NCBI GenBank assembly: GCA_964644025.1
Contig: CAZXVW010000001.1
Span: 1,060-65,059, forward strand
Source of the DNA: an uncultured Solibacteraceae bacterium
GTDB lineage: Bacteria; Acidobacteriota; Terriglobia; Bryobacterales; Bryobacteraceae
Reading direction: 5' to 3'
Length of the DNA stretch: 64,000 nt
Part shown: positions 9,775 through 19,209 of the stretch, piece by piece
Layout of the letters: each line of letters opens with the position of its first letter
Position numbering within the stretch: the first letter of the stretch is position 1
Program-made: the position numbers and the translations under genes
Notes under the pieces: generated by a model
What the model was told of the DNA's origin: nothing
Database searches by the model: none
The model's input: the letters and a program-made list of their open reading frames with translations, nothing else

Positions 9775-11319
9775 ATGCCTGAACAACAACCTGCCTCCCC
9801 TAATTCCACGGCGGCCGCCTGGCGGGAGTTCCCGCTGGCGCTGCTGCGGATCGCCATCGGCTGGCACTTTCTCTATGAAGGTGTGACGAAGCTGCTCGAC
9901 CCCGCCTGGACCTCAGCCGGTTATTTGCAGTCCAGCACGGGCTTGCTCGCCGGCTTGTTCCATTGGCTCGCTTCCAGCCAGGGCGTGTTGCGCGTGGTGG
10001 ACCAGCTCAATATATGGGGGCTCATCCTCATCGGGCTCGGATTGATGCTGGGCGCCGCCACCCGGCCGGCCGCCCTCGCCGGAATCTTGCTCCTGGCTCT
10101 TTACTACCTCGCTTATCCACCCCTGTTTTCGCCCGCACCGGCCGGCGCCGGCGAGGGTCACTACCTGCTCATCAACATGAACCTGGTCGAGCTACTGGCC
10201 CTTGCCGTGGTGGTTGCTTTCCCGGCTGCGAGCTGGGGATTGCAAGGCCTGCTCGCGCGGCGGGCCCGGGCGGCCGGTGAGGCCGGGGCCGCCGGGGGAC
10301 AGGATAAAGCCGTCCCCTCTTATCTCGCCCACGTCTCCCGGCGCCAGCTTGTCACCGCCTTGGCCGGACTCCCCTTCCTCGGCGCCTTCGTGATCGCCGC
10401 CCTCAAAAAACACGGTTGGAAAAGTTTCGAGGAAATCCAGCTCGCCAAGGCGCAACCGGTTGACGCCATCAGCGGCGCCACCATCAAGACCTTCCAGTTC
10501 TCCACCCTCGCCGACTTGAAGGGCACCCTGCCCCAGGGACGGATCGGCAATGTCACACTCAGCCGCATGATTCTCGGCGGGAATCTCATCGGCGGCTGGG
10601 CCCACGCCCGCGACTTGATCTATGCCTCCAAGCTCGTCCGCGCTTACCACACCCGCGACAAGATTTTTGAAACCCTGGCGCTGGCCGAGTCTTGCGGCGT
10701 GAACGCGATCCTCACCAACCCGCTGTTGTGTGAGGTCGTCAACGACTACTGGCGCAACGGCGGCAAGATCCAGTTCATCTCCGATTGCGGGGGCAAGGAC
10801 CTGCTCGAGATGATTCAGAAGTCCATCGATCACGGCGCCTGCGCCTGCTACATCCAGGGCGCTATCGGCGACCGCCTGGTGAAGGAGGGCAATTTCGACC
10901 TGATGGCGAAGGCGCTCGAGCTGATCCGCCGCAACGGCCTGCCCGCCGGCATCGGAGGGCACTACCTGAAGACCGTCGAGGAATCAGTCAACCACGGCCT
11001 CAAGCCCGACTTCTGGATGAAAACTCTCCATCGCACCGATTACTGGTCTGCCACGCCGACGCGCGAGAAGGACAACATCTGGTGCGAGCAACCGGAGGAA
11101 ACCATCGCTTACATGAGCCGGTTGAAAGAGCCGTGGATTGCTTATAAGATCCTGGCCGCCGGCGCCATTCACCCGAAGACGGGCTTCCAGTATGCCTTCG
11201 AAAACGGTGCTGATTTCATCTGCGTCGGGATGTATGATTTCCAGATTGTCGACGACGTCAACCTGGCCGCTAATGTCCTGAACGGCGGGTTGCGCCGCCA
11301 GCGGCCCTGGTGCGCCTGA
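9775..11319 (+). CDS. DoxX-family membrane domain fused to a C-terminal domain of roughly 300 aa with unknown function
   Basis: ATG 9775 with GGAG 8 nt upstream. N-terminus LALLRIAIGWHFLYEGVTKLLDP plus about 4 TM segments (DoxX-like). A further TM, then a soluble region (LSRMILGGNLIGGWAHARD ... GADFICVGMYDFQI) I cannot assign. Confidence 0.65.
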   Translation: MPEQQPASPNSTAAAWREFPLALLRIAIGWHFLYEGVTKLLDPAWTSAGYLQSSTGLLAGLFHWLASSQGVLRVVDQLNIWGLILIGLGLMLGAATRPAALAGILLLALYYLAYPPLFSPAPAGAGEGHYLLINMNLVELLALAVVVAFPAASWGLQGLLARRARAAGEAGAAGGQDKAVPSYLAHVSRRQLVTALAGLPFLGAFVIAALKKHGWKSFEEIQLAKAQPVDAISGATIKTFQFSTLADLKGTLPQGRIGNVTLSRMILGGNLIGGWAHARDLIYASKLVRAYHTRDKIFETLALAESCGVNAILTNPLLCEVVNDYWRNGGKIQFISDCGGKDLLEMIQKSIDHGACACYIQGAIGDRLVKEGNFDLMAKALELIRRNGLPAGIGGHYLKTVEESVNHGLKPDFWMKTLHRTDYWSATPTREKDNIWCEQPEETIAYMSRLKEPWIAYKILAAGAIHPKTGFQYAFENGADFICVGMYDFQIVDDVNLAANVLNGGLRRQRPWCA

Positions 11320-11348
11320 GCCTGCGGCTTCCCTGCCCTGCGGAGCAT

Positions 11349-12224
11349 CTACGCCCGGCCCACCAGGCGCTCGAACACTTTTCGTTGTTCGGTCATCGCC
11401 TGCACCTTGTCCGGCGGGTTCGTCCGCGCCTCCAGCAAGACCCAGCCCCTCCAGCCGGCTTGCTGGAACAGCTTGAAGAGCTCCGCGTAAGGATAGTCGC
11501 CGGTGTTCAACTCCCTTACGTGCGCCGTGTCGCCCAGGCGGCTCTTCACCAGGTTGAAGTTGTATTCCAGGCCCCGCCCGTTCAAATCCGAATCGTTCGA
11601 GTTCCAGCAAACGCCGACGTTCCGGTTGTCGGCCACGTCCATGATGGCCTTGATCACCGGTAGTTCGCTGGTGCCCCGGCCGTGCACCTCGAGCCGGATC
11701 CGTTGCCCGTACTTGGCGCCATAAGCGCCGACCTCGTTGAGCGCCTTGCCGATCTGCTCGATCGTCTTCTGGTGCGGAACGCCTTTGACAAAGCCGTTCG
11801 GTTTCACCTTGACGCCGGTTCCGCCGCAGTCGTGCATCAGTTGAATGTATTGCTTGGTCAGCTCGATGTTGTGCTTCAGCCTGGCCGGGTCATTGTCGTG
11901 GAATTGCGCGTTCGAGCCATAACCGACCAGCGTTACGGGGCTCTGCTCGAAGCGGCGCCGGACCTCGCGGCGCTCCGCTTTGCTTAGCGATGGCTCGACC
12001 CCATGGGCGTGCTCGGTCCGCAACTCCACGCCCAGCAGCCCGGAGCGCTCGCAGGCGTCGATCAGGGTGGGCAAGTCCATGTCCTTGCCCCACAGGTAGG
12101 TTACAAAGCCAATGCGCATGCCGCCGGCCTTTGTGCCGCCGGTGGCTGCCGGTCCCAGGTGAAAGCCGGCCGCGGCCGCCAGCGGCGCGCCGCCGAGAAA
12201 CTCACGCCGATTGATTCCACTCAT
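11349..12224 (-). CDS. Xylose-isomerase-like TIM-barrel protein (sugar phosphate isomerase/epimerase family), Tat signal
   Basis: ATG 12224 preceded by AAGGGAG. MSGINRREFLGGAPLAAAAG twin-arginine leader. Typical family length and pattern (LGVELRTEH, RLEVHG). Confidence 0.75.
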   Translation of the reverse strand: MSGINRREFLGGAPLAAAAGFHLGPAATGGTKAGGMRIGFVTYLWGKDMDLPTLIDACERSGLLGVELRTEHAHGVEPSLSKAERREVRRRFEQSPVTLVGYGSNAQFHDNDPARLKHNIELTKQYIQLMHDCGGTGVKVKPNGFVKGVPHQKTIEQIGKALNEVGAYGAKYGQRIRLEVHGRGTSELPVIKAIMDVADNRNVGVCWNSNDSDLNGRGLEYNFNLVKSRLGDTAHVRELNTGDYPYAELFKLFQQAGWRGWVLLEARTNPPDKVQAMTEQRKVFERLVGRA

Positions 12225-12488
12225 GCCATCTCCCTTCATCACTCGTGCCCACGTCTCTCTATTCAACCACCAACCGGCTTCCGGCCGCAGGCGTGAGCGC
12301 CGCCAGTCACCCGTCGTAGAAGGCTCGCCGGTTTCCGCGGTTCCTGCAGTGAACTCTTGCCCCGCTGATTTCACTTTCCTTCACTCGCCGGTCATGGCCG
12401 TCGGTTCCCGTGAGAGTCCCTCTTCCCTGCGGGTGCCTTCCTTCGTGTGCTTTGATTAAATTTAGGGCTGCTTCCGCGAAGCTGCGCA

Positions 12489-13427
12489 ATGTCCATTTGT
12501 GATGCACGCCTGGGTTCCCGTTCTACTCGCTCTCTCCGCCCTCAACCCATCGGCTGGTCTAGCAGGGTGGCGGCTCTGCTGGTATCCGCGCTCTGGGGTG
12601 GCAACCTGGTGGCCCTCAAGCTCGGTTTGTCGGCCTTTCCCCCTTTCTGGAGCGCTTTCTGGCGGATGCTGCTGGGCGTCGTTGCCGTCGCGGCCTGGGC
12701 GCGCTACTGCCACCTCTCGCTGCGCCTCCGCTCCGGAGAACGCCGGGCGCTCGTCGCCCTGGGGTTGGTATTCGCGGTGCAGATCGCGTTGCTGAACTTG
12801 GGTACCAACTGGACCTCGCCCGCCTACGCCGTGGTGCTGATCAACGCCCATCCGATCTTCGCGAACCTGATCGGCCATTTCGTGGTCACCGAAGAGCGCT
12901 TGACCCGCCTGCGGATCCTGGGACTGGCGCTAGCCTTTGGCGGTATTTCCTACGTCGTGCTTGGCCGGCCCGTGGCGGCACTGGCCGCCCGTCCGCTATT
13001 GGGAAATTTTTTGCTCGTCGTCTCCGCTTTTCTCGTCGGCCTCCGCACCGTGTATATGCGGTGGCTTATCCAGTCGATCGAGCCGGAACGGGCCCTACTC
13101 TGGCAGATGCTCATCTCATTGCCGTTCTTCCTCGGGCTGGCGGCCGGGATCGAGCCGCTAACCGTGGGGCCGCTGACTGCCGCGCCGGTGGCCGCCCTGC
13201 TTTATCAGGGGATCCCGGTTGCCGGGGGGTGCTTCATCATCTGGACACTGTTGCTCCGGCGGCACAGCGCCGGCTCGTTGTCAATGTTCGCGTTCACGGT
13301 TCCGTTTTTCGGGATTTTCTTCAGTGCGCTCATCTTCTCCGAACCGGTCACCGGGCGGGTCCTGCTGGGCGCGGTTCTGGTAACCGCCGGCATCGGCATT
13401 GTCACCCGCCGTCCCGCGAGCCGCTGA
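12489..13427 (+). CDS. EamA/DMT-superfamily transporter
   Basis: About ten hydrophobic segments in two halves. ALLVSALWGGNLVALKLGL type EamA start. Confidence 0.75.
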   Translation: MSICDARLGSRSTRSLRPQPIGWSSRVAALLVSALWGGNLVALKLGLSAFPPFWSAFWRMLLGVVAVAAWARYCHLSLRLRSGERRALVALGLVFAVQIALLNLGTNWTSPAYAVVLINAHPIFANLIGHFVVTEERLTRLRILGLALAFGGISYVVLGRPVAALAARPLLGNFLLVVSAFLVGLRTVYMRWLIQSIEPERALLWQMLISLPFFLGLAAGIEPLTVGPLTAAPVAALLYQGIPVAGGCFIIWTLLLRRHSAGSLSMFAFTVPFFGIFFSALIFSEPVTGRVLLGAVLVTAGIGIVTRRPASR

Positions 13428-13475
13428 TTGGGCCGCCAAGTCGAACCCCTCCCGCCGAACGCCGGCCGGCGCGCT

Positions 13476-14351
13476 TTACACGTCGCACAAGGCGACGGCC
13501 TCGGCCAGCGACGTCATCGGATCCCGGGTCGGAATGAACTCGTGAGCGAAGTAGCCATCGAATTTCAAATCGACGATCGCCTTCGCGATCGCTTTGTAAT
13601 TCAGCTCCTGGGTGTCGTCGATTTCGTGCCGGCCCGGGTTACCGCCGGTGTGAAAGTGGGCGATATAGTCGATGTTGTCGCGAATGGTCCGGATGATGTC
13701 GCCCTCCATGATCTGCATGTGGTAGATGTCATACAGCAATTTCACCCGCGGTGAATTGACCCGTTTGCACAGCTCGACGCCCCAGGCCGTCCGGTCACAC
13801 TGGTAATCCGGATGGTTCACCTTGCTGTTGAGCAGCTCCATGATGATCGTCACGCCCAGATCTTCGGCCTGTGCCTTTACCTTGTTCAGCAGCAGCGCGC
13901 AGTTCTCCCAGGCCTCCTCGTCGGACATGTTGCGCCGGTTACCGGAAAAGCAAATGAGGTTTGGCACCTCGTGCTTTTTCGCCAGGGGTAGCAGCCGGCG
14001 GAAGTTCACTTCGATTTGCCGGTGGTTGGCCTTCACGTTCAGCCCGTCCTTGATGCTGCAAATGCCGTTGCCGACCGCGCATTTCAATCCGTACCGGGCC
14101 ACTACCGGCCACTCGTCCGCCGAAAGCAAGTCAATTGCCGCCAGCCCCATCCGCGACGCCTGCTCGCAAAGCTCTTCGAGCGTCATCTTCCGGTAACACC
14201 ACTTGCAAACGGACTGTTTCAGCCGGCCGCTTTTCACCACCCTGCCGGCGTCGCCGGCCTGGCCCGCCGCCAGCAGACCGGCCCCGGCGGTCCCGGTCAT
14301 CAGGGCTCTCCGGCTCAGTTGCCCGCGCTGGTTTGTTTTCATTCTCGGCAC
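13476..14351 (-). CDS. Xylose-isomerase-like TIM-barrel protein (hydroxypyruvate-isomerase-like), Tat signal
   Basis: SRRALMTGTAGAGLLAAG leader. LKQSVCKWCY, IMELLN, HFHTGGNPGRHE motifs typical of this family. Confidence 0.75.
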   Translation of the reverse strand: MPRMKTNQRGQLSRRALMTGTAGAGLLAAGQAGDAGRVVKSGRLKQSVCKWCYRKMTLEELCEQASRMGLAAIDLLSADEWPVVARYGLKCAVGNGICSIKDGLNVKANHRQIEVNFRRLLPLAKKHEVPNLICFSGNRRNMSDEEAWENCALLLNKVKAQAEDLGVTIIMELLNSKVNHPDYQCDRTAWGVELCKRVNSPRVKLLYDIYHMQIMEGDIIRTIRDNIDYIAHFHTGGNPGRHEIDDTQELNYKAIAKAIVDLKFDGYFAHEFIPTRDPMTSLAEAVALCDV

Positions 14352-14504
14352 ACCTCCTGTCCATCTCTGCAGCAGGCCCGGCTAAGGCCCGCGGCCGCCT
14401 CCTCATCATCGTTCACCCGGCCCGCGCAAGCAAGCCGCCGGGCCCGCTTCAGGGCTCCGGCAGCCGGGAAGCGTTCTTGCCCGGCCGCGGTACAATACCC
14501 CATT

Positions 14505-15215
14505 ATGACCCGACTCATTGTGGCGCTGTGTTTCGGAGCTGCGCTTGCCGCCGCTCCCGCGGATGAATTCCCCACCCAGGCGGGAAAACTGAAGATCACG
14601 CCCATCCGGCACGCCAGCCTGATGATTGAGGCCGGCGGCCAGGTCATTCACGTGGACCCGGTCGGCCAGGCCAACTACGAAGGGCTCCCCAAGGCGGATA
14701 TTGTGCTGATCACCCATACCCACGGGGACCATTTCGTTCCGAAGCTCATCGCCTGGTTGCGCAAGCCCGGCGCCGTGGTCATCGCCCCGGAGGCGGCGGC
14801 GAAAGCGGTGCCCGACGCCAGGGTGTTGCGCAACGGGCAATCGGCGACCATCGGCCCGTGGCGGTTCGACGCCGTGCCGATGTACAACAGCAAGCGCGAG
14901 CGCTCGCCCGGCCGGCCGTACCACCCGAAGGGATTCGGCAACGGCTACGTGGTGACCTATGGCGGGCTGCGCATCTACATCGCCGGCGATACGGAGGGCA
15001 TCCCGGAAATGCGGGCTTTGAAAAATATCGATGTGGCCTTCATCCCCATGAATCTGCCGTACACGATGCCGCCCGAGGAGGCCGCCGATGCGGTCAAGGC
15101 TTTCCATCCCAAGGTCGTCTACCCGTATCATTACCGCGGCTCGGACCTTTCCGTGTTTGAGAAAGCCCTGGCCGGAACCGGCATCGACGCCCGCCTGCGC
15201 AACTGGTATCCGTGA
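14505..15215 (+). CDS. MBL-fold metallo-hydrolase, secreted
   Basis: In-frame ATG at 14505 gives MTRLIVALCFGAALAAA signal peptide. LITHTHGDHF (HxHxDH). The track ORF start at 14016 is an upstream extension that overlaps the neighbouring gene. Confidence 0.8.
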   Translation: MTRLIVALCFGAALAAAPADEFPTQAGKLKITPIRHASLMIEAGGQVIHVDPVGQANYEGLPKADIVLITHTHGDHFVPKLIAWLRKPGAVVIAPEAAAKAVPDARVLRNGQSATIGPWRFDAVPMYNSKRERSPGRPYHPKGFGNGYVVTYGGLRIYIAGDTEGIPEMRALKNIDVAFIPMNLPYTMPPEEAADAVKAFHPKVVYPYHYRGSDLSVFEKALAGTGIDARLRNWYP

Positions 15216-15248
15216 GGGTGGCGGAGACGTCATATCCCGACTCGAGGG

Positions 15249-15674
15249 TTATAAAAAAGCGCGGGCGAGCGGGACAATGAAATCCACTCCGGCTACCACC
15301 CGGCGGCTCAGGCGCTCGTCATTGGTGATGAAGAGATTGCACCGGGCGCGGGCGGCACAGGCTAGTTGGATCGCGTCCGGGGGACGAAGGGTGCGGTCCC
15401 GCCGCAGTTCTGCGTAAGTTCGTGCGGCCTCGCGGTCGAACGGAATGAGCAGCACAGCCGCCGAGCTGAGAGCCGCCTCGTAGCGTTCGGCGAGGCCCGC
15501 CTCCTTCTCGCGAAGTGGCTTCACCAGCACCTCGCCCAGCGTCATTGTAGACGTGCAAAGCTCATCTGCTCTTTCGATCATGCGCCGGCGTAATGCCACA
15601 ACCCGGTCATGCAATTCTCCGTGCCACTCCCAGAGGTATAAGAACAGATTCGTGTCCCAAAAAATGCGGCTCAT
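15249..15674 (-). CDS. vapC: PIN-domain ribonuclease toxin (VapC-like)
   Basis: FWDTNLF (Asp1), TLGEVL (Glu), PPDAIQLA (Asp), FITNDERL (Asp). ATG 15674..15672 overlaps the upstream stop 15673..15671 as ATGA. Confidence 0.85.
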   Translation of the reverse strand: MSRIFWDTNLFLYLWEWHGELHDRVVALRRRMIERADELCTSTMTLGEVLVKPLREKEAGLAERYEAALSSAAVLLIPFDREAARTYAELRRDRTLRPPDAIQLACAARARCNLFITNDERLSRRVVAGVDFIVPLARAFL

Positions 15675-16168
15675 TGCCACCCTCTCCGCAACTCATCGAC
15701 GTACGCGTCCGGGTGCTCATGCTCCAAACGGATCCGGCGCCCAGCTCCAGCCAGAGCCAGAACCGGATCACCCTGCGTAGTGTCGCCTGCGCCCGGTTTC
15801 GCATACTCCTGTTCCCACCACTTGAGTAAGTAATGGTATTTCCCCGGAATCTTGCCGGGCTCCGGATGGGTCTTACCGGTGCGCTCCGGATGCCGAGGAT
15901 CCCCCGGGCGGTAAAGCCGCCGCGTGTGCTTTCCAGTGGCGAACAGCATCGCGTGACGGCCCGGATTCGGTGGCCGGTTCGCCACCGCGTGCATAGTGGC
16001 ATATACCCGGACTCCCGGACGCAAGCTGCCATGAAGATTCTCCCGGTGCGCCCGCTCTACTATCTCACCAATCTCGAAGTCCTGGCGGGAAGGATTCTCG
16101 CGATGGAGCAAGGCGGTGGCGATCCACACCTCGTCGGCAACGGTGATAGGTTGGTCTACTAGGTTCAT
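15671..16168 (-). CDS. Putative cognate antitoxin, atypically long, with unassigned N-terminal domain
   Basis: Translationally coupled to vapC. C-terminal tail DPVLALAGAGRRIRLEHEHPDAYVDELRRGW resembles the toxin-binding tails I recall from PIN-partner antitoxins. The first ~130 aa (EVWIATALLHRENPSRQDFEIGEIVERA ...) match no family I recognise. Confidence 0.55.
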   Translation of the reverse strand: MNLVDQPITVADEVWIATALLHRENPSRQDFEIGEIVERAHRENLHGSLRPGVRVYATMHAVANRPPNPGRHAMLFATGKHTRRLYRPGDPRHPERTGKTHPEPGKIPGKYHYLLKWWEQEYAKPGAGDTTQGDPVLALAGAGRRIRLEHEHPDAYVDELRRGWQ

Positions 16169-16383
16169 AGGTTTATACCTCGATACCTAACATGTTACGC
16201 CCTTCGGGGGGATGTGTCAAGACGGGTCCGCAGCCGGGACAAGGAACCGGGGAGGGACCGCCGGTGCGCTGCTCATCCGCTCGGCTTGGTATTGATGCCA
16301 GGAAGTCACTCGGACTGCCACGGATCGCGCCGTGAGTTCACCTGAACCCCTGGCGCAGAGGCCGGTTCAAGCCAGCTTCGGCG

Positions 16384-17763
16384 TCATCCGGAGCGCTTTG
16401 CCGCCCCTGTGTCAGTCTTGCGTTTGCGGAGCCGCACGCCCGCTTTTCTGCCCGCCGGAAACTTCATGACCAGGATCCCGCCGCGGTCGGCCGTATCCTC
16501 GTACAGCTCTTCCTCATCCACTTCGATGTCGCAAACGGCCCCCGGCTCCAGCCCGATCACGTAATAGGTTGCGGCTTCGGCCGCGTCCACCTGGAACCGG
16601 CTCCGGCTTCGGGCGGGTACCACCACGGTGTGACCCAGCGCCAGCGGTTCGCGGAAGTCCTTCCAGCTCAGCGGCTGGATCTTCCCGTCGGTGAAGCGCT
16701 GCATCACACCGCCGTCCAGGTAGAACCAGTCCGCGCCGCTGTCCCAGGAGGAGCGAACCACCAGGGCGCCGCGCACCGGGTCGTGAAAGCTCAACGGGGC
16801 ATTGTAATAGCTCAGGCCCGGCTGGTACGGGTTGCCCCAGAGGAACTCGTAGGTGATTCCGAACGGGCCGCGCATCAGGAACGAATCCCGCATTGCCCAG
16901 CCCTGCAGGAACTGCGTTTCCAGCGCATTGGGATCGAAGGCGATCAGACTCAAATCGGCCGCCCGGGCCAGCGCGGCCGCCCGCAGATCCGGTTCACCGG
17001 CATCCGGAATCAAGGGGATATGGAACTCGTTCTCGGCACCCGGGTAGACGGCCGGATAATAGGTCAGCAGCAGGTACAGCGGAAAGGAAGTGAAGTAGCG
17101 GCGGTCATCCAGGCGGAGGTCGATGCGCACCGTGTCCCGGATGGCGTGCAGGATCTCCATCAGCGGATACGCTTGGTCGCGAGGGATCATGTTGCGCCCC
17201 TGGCGCAGCCCAGGAATGATCTTACCGCGCCACCAGTCCTTGACCACCCACTCGATTTCCCGCTCCCCGATGCCCTCGACGTACCCGGCCAGGGCGATGG
17301 CCGCAAACAGGCGCGAGCGGACCGTGGCGATCGTCTCCGGCGATCTGCGGCGGCTGAGCGCATGCTGGAGTTTTTCGATGAGCCGGTTGCGCTCGGCGGC
17401 GCTGAGCAGGTCCTGACACCAGTCGAAAACCAGGGCGAGCTGGCGCGGGTCGTCGCCGTAGTCGACCGCCCAGCGGATCGCCTGCCGCCCGTAAGCGGAA
17501 CCCCCGCCGGCCGCGTAGAACAATGCTCCGGCGAAACCCGGCTCCGGCATCCGTGCGTTGCTGCTCATGAGCGCTTCGAACTGTGTCCACCGGGTGGTTC
17601 GCCGTTCGCGTTCCCGCCGCAACAGGCGATGCCGGCGCGCTGTCAGCAGCAGTCTTGGATGCGGTGCGTCGACGCTGAAGTCTTCCTGCGCGGCGGCCGG
17701 GCGGCCGGGCATCGCCACGCTCAGAACCATGAAGAAGGGGACGATCAACCGCCGCGGAGACAT
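16384..17763 (-). CDS. Secreted hypothetical protein (N-terminus reminiscent of alginate-lyase/heparinase alpha-toroid domains)
   Basis: ATG 17763 gives MSPRRLIVPFFMVLSVAMPGRPAAA signal peptide. APHPRLLLT ... RWAVDYGDDPRQLALVFDWC pattern. Assignment is tentative. Confidence 0.5.
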   Translation of the reverse strand: MSPRRLIVPFFMVLSVAMPGRPAAAQEDFSVDAPHPRLLLTARRHRLLRRERERRTTRWTQFEALMSSNARMPEPGFAGALFYAAGGGSAYGRQAIRWAVDYGDDPRQLALVFDWCQDLLSAAERNRLIEKLQHALSRRRSPETIATVRSRLFAAIALAGYVEGIGEREIEWVVKDWWRGKIIPGLRQGRNMIPRDQAYPLMEILHAIRDTVRIDLRLDDRRYFTSFPLYLLLTYYPAVYPGAENEFHIPLIPDAGEPDLRAAALARAADLSLIAFDPNALETQFLQGWAMRDSFLMRGPFGITYEFLWGNPYQPGLSYYNAPLSFHDPVRGALVVRSSWDSGADWFYLDGGVMQRFTDGKIQPLSWKDFREPLALGHTVVVPARSRSRFQVDAAEAATYYVIGLEPGAVCDIEVDEEELYEDTADRGGILVMKFPAGRKAGVRLRKRKTDTGAAKRSG

Positions 17764-17928
17764 CTGGTTCGATTGTGTCACACTGACACACCTGCCGCAT
17801 CCGGCCGGCCCAGGCGCCGGCCCAACCAGCCTCGCTGGCCCTTTGTTATCAATGCGAGACAAGGGGGTGGATGTTGGCAGTCCGCTTGCTATATAGTGGA
17901 GTGAATTGATGGAACACTCTCAAACCTG

Positions 17929-18058
17929 CCCTCTGTTGCAACGGGTAGGCGGAGGAAGCGCGCGGGATTCAAATAAGCGTGCTTGCGGGAATCGGTGTTC
18001 AAGAAGTACTTAAGCCGCCCCTTCGTCCGGCTGCTGGTTGCATCAGAGGGGTTTTTTT
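17929..18058 (+). ncRNA. Candidate structured small RNA ending in a U7 tract
   Basis: Lies in the gap between two minus-strand genes, with no plus-strand CDS downstream. 17929..17942 (ccctctgttgcaac) pairs 13/14 with 18037..18050 (gttgcatcagaggg) and is followed by ttttttt at 18052..18058. Internal 8-bp hairpin 17956..17963 / 17977..17984 (aagcgcgc / gcgtgctt). ggcgg 17948..17952 pairs with ccgcc 18015..18019. Confidence 0.3.
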
Positions 18059-18298
18059 AGCAGGTCAGTGTTTCGTCGATTCCAGACAGAGCCTGCCCGG
18101 GATTATCGGTTTCGGTTTCCGTCTGGCATCCAAGGTGGAGGATATAGAGGACGCGGGCCCCACCGGGATGGAACGTGACAGCGGGTGTTTCGATAACCAG
18201 ACGGCCCGACGCCGGATCCCTGCCCGACCATGGGCGTGCCGCCCCGGAGCCGGCTGCTTGCGGCCCCTCGCCCGGTTCCGGGGCATTCCTTCGCTGGA

Positions 18299-18886
18299 TC
18301 AGTTTTTTCTCATCACCAGTTCGTAGTGGGCGAACGGGCCCCGGGAAAACCGCTGCCGGTGTATCACCGTGAGCGCGCATTTCTCGAAAGCCGCTTCGAT
18401 CTCGCTCAACGTGTAAAGCCCGTAGTTTCTCAGTAATGGTCCGGCCAGCTTCGCTGCCAGCGCCGGGAAAACCAGGTCGTGCCAGATCAGGTAGCCTTCC
18501 GGCCGCAGGACTCTGGCGACTTCCCGCACCGCCGCCCGCCAGTCCGGCACGTGGTGAAAAACATTCTGCGAAACCACCAGGCTGAAACTCGCGCCGGCGA
18601 AGCTGAGCCTGGCGGCATCCTCGACCTGGAAGCGCAGCCGCTCCGATTCCGCGTGCATGCTCCTGGCTACGGCGATCTGGTCTGGATCATAATCGGCGCC
18701 AACCACATTCATCCCGCAGCTTTCGGCCAGGAAGGCCGAGACCGCCCCGATACCGCAGCCCAGCTCCAGCGCATCCAGTGGCGCCGGTATATCCAGCTCA
18801 CCGAGCAGGCGCCGTATCTTCGCGATATTGCGCTCGGCTTTTCTGCGCCGGTTGACGAGTCTCTTTTCCAGCCAGCTCATCTTCAT
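18299..18886 (-). CDS. Class I SAM-dependent methyltransferase
   Basis: ALELGCGIGAVSAFLAE (motif I GxGxG). VGADYD. FSLVVSQNVFHHV. Confidence 0.8.
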   Translation of the reverse strand: MKMSWLEKRLVNRRRKAERNIAKIRRLLGELDIPAPLDALELGCGIGAVSAFLAESCGMNVVGADYDPDQIAVARSMHAESERLRFQVEDAARLSFAGASFSLVVSQNVFHHVPDWRAAVREVARVLRPEGYLIWHDLVFPALAAKLAGPLLRNYGLYTLSEIEAAFEKCALTVIHRQRFSRGPFAHYELVMRKN

Positions 18887-19082
18887 GGCAGGTTCCCTTC
18901 CAGAAGGCGAATCTGATCCGTGCGCGGCGCCGGGCCCGTCGTCACTTAAGGGCCCTGGCGAGCCTCCACATCCTCGCCAGAATCCACTGTTGCAGAAAAG
19001 TGCGATTTACGCAAGCTATTGCCGCCAAGGCAATGTCGCGCTTTGAGCTGTACACGGCGGAATTGACAGTCCTACAAGCTCG

Positions 19083-19111
19083 TTGACAGGGAACTATTCA
19101 TGGGCTAACAT
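19083..19111 (+). promoter_or_regulatory. Candidate sigma70-type promoter for the TonB-dependent receptor gene
   Basis: TTGACA 19083..19088, 17-nt spacer, TAACAT 19106..19111. A second TTGACA lies at 19063..19068. About 95 nt upstream of the start codon. Confidence 0.3.
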
Positions 19112-19209
19112 CGACTAGGACGTGATTGGCGGCTCGATCTATCTGGTCGCGGAAAACTGGCCGGGCCGGAGGCGGGCCGAAACAGGGGTAAATGGGCAGG
19201 AGGTGAGTC

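Noticed and set aside
14491-14507. TACAAT 8 nt upstream of the MBL hydrolase ATG, suggesting a leaderless mRNA
   Set aside because: No acceptable -35 lies at a proper spacing and there is no supporting data. A single hexamer match is expected by chance.
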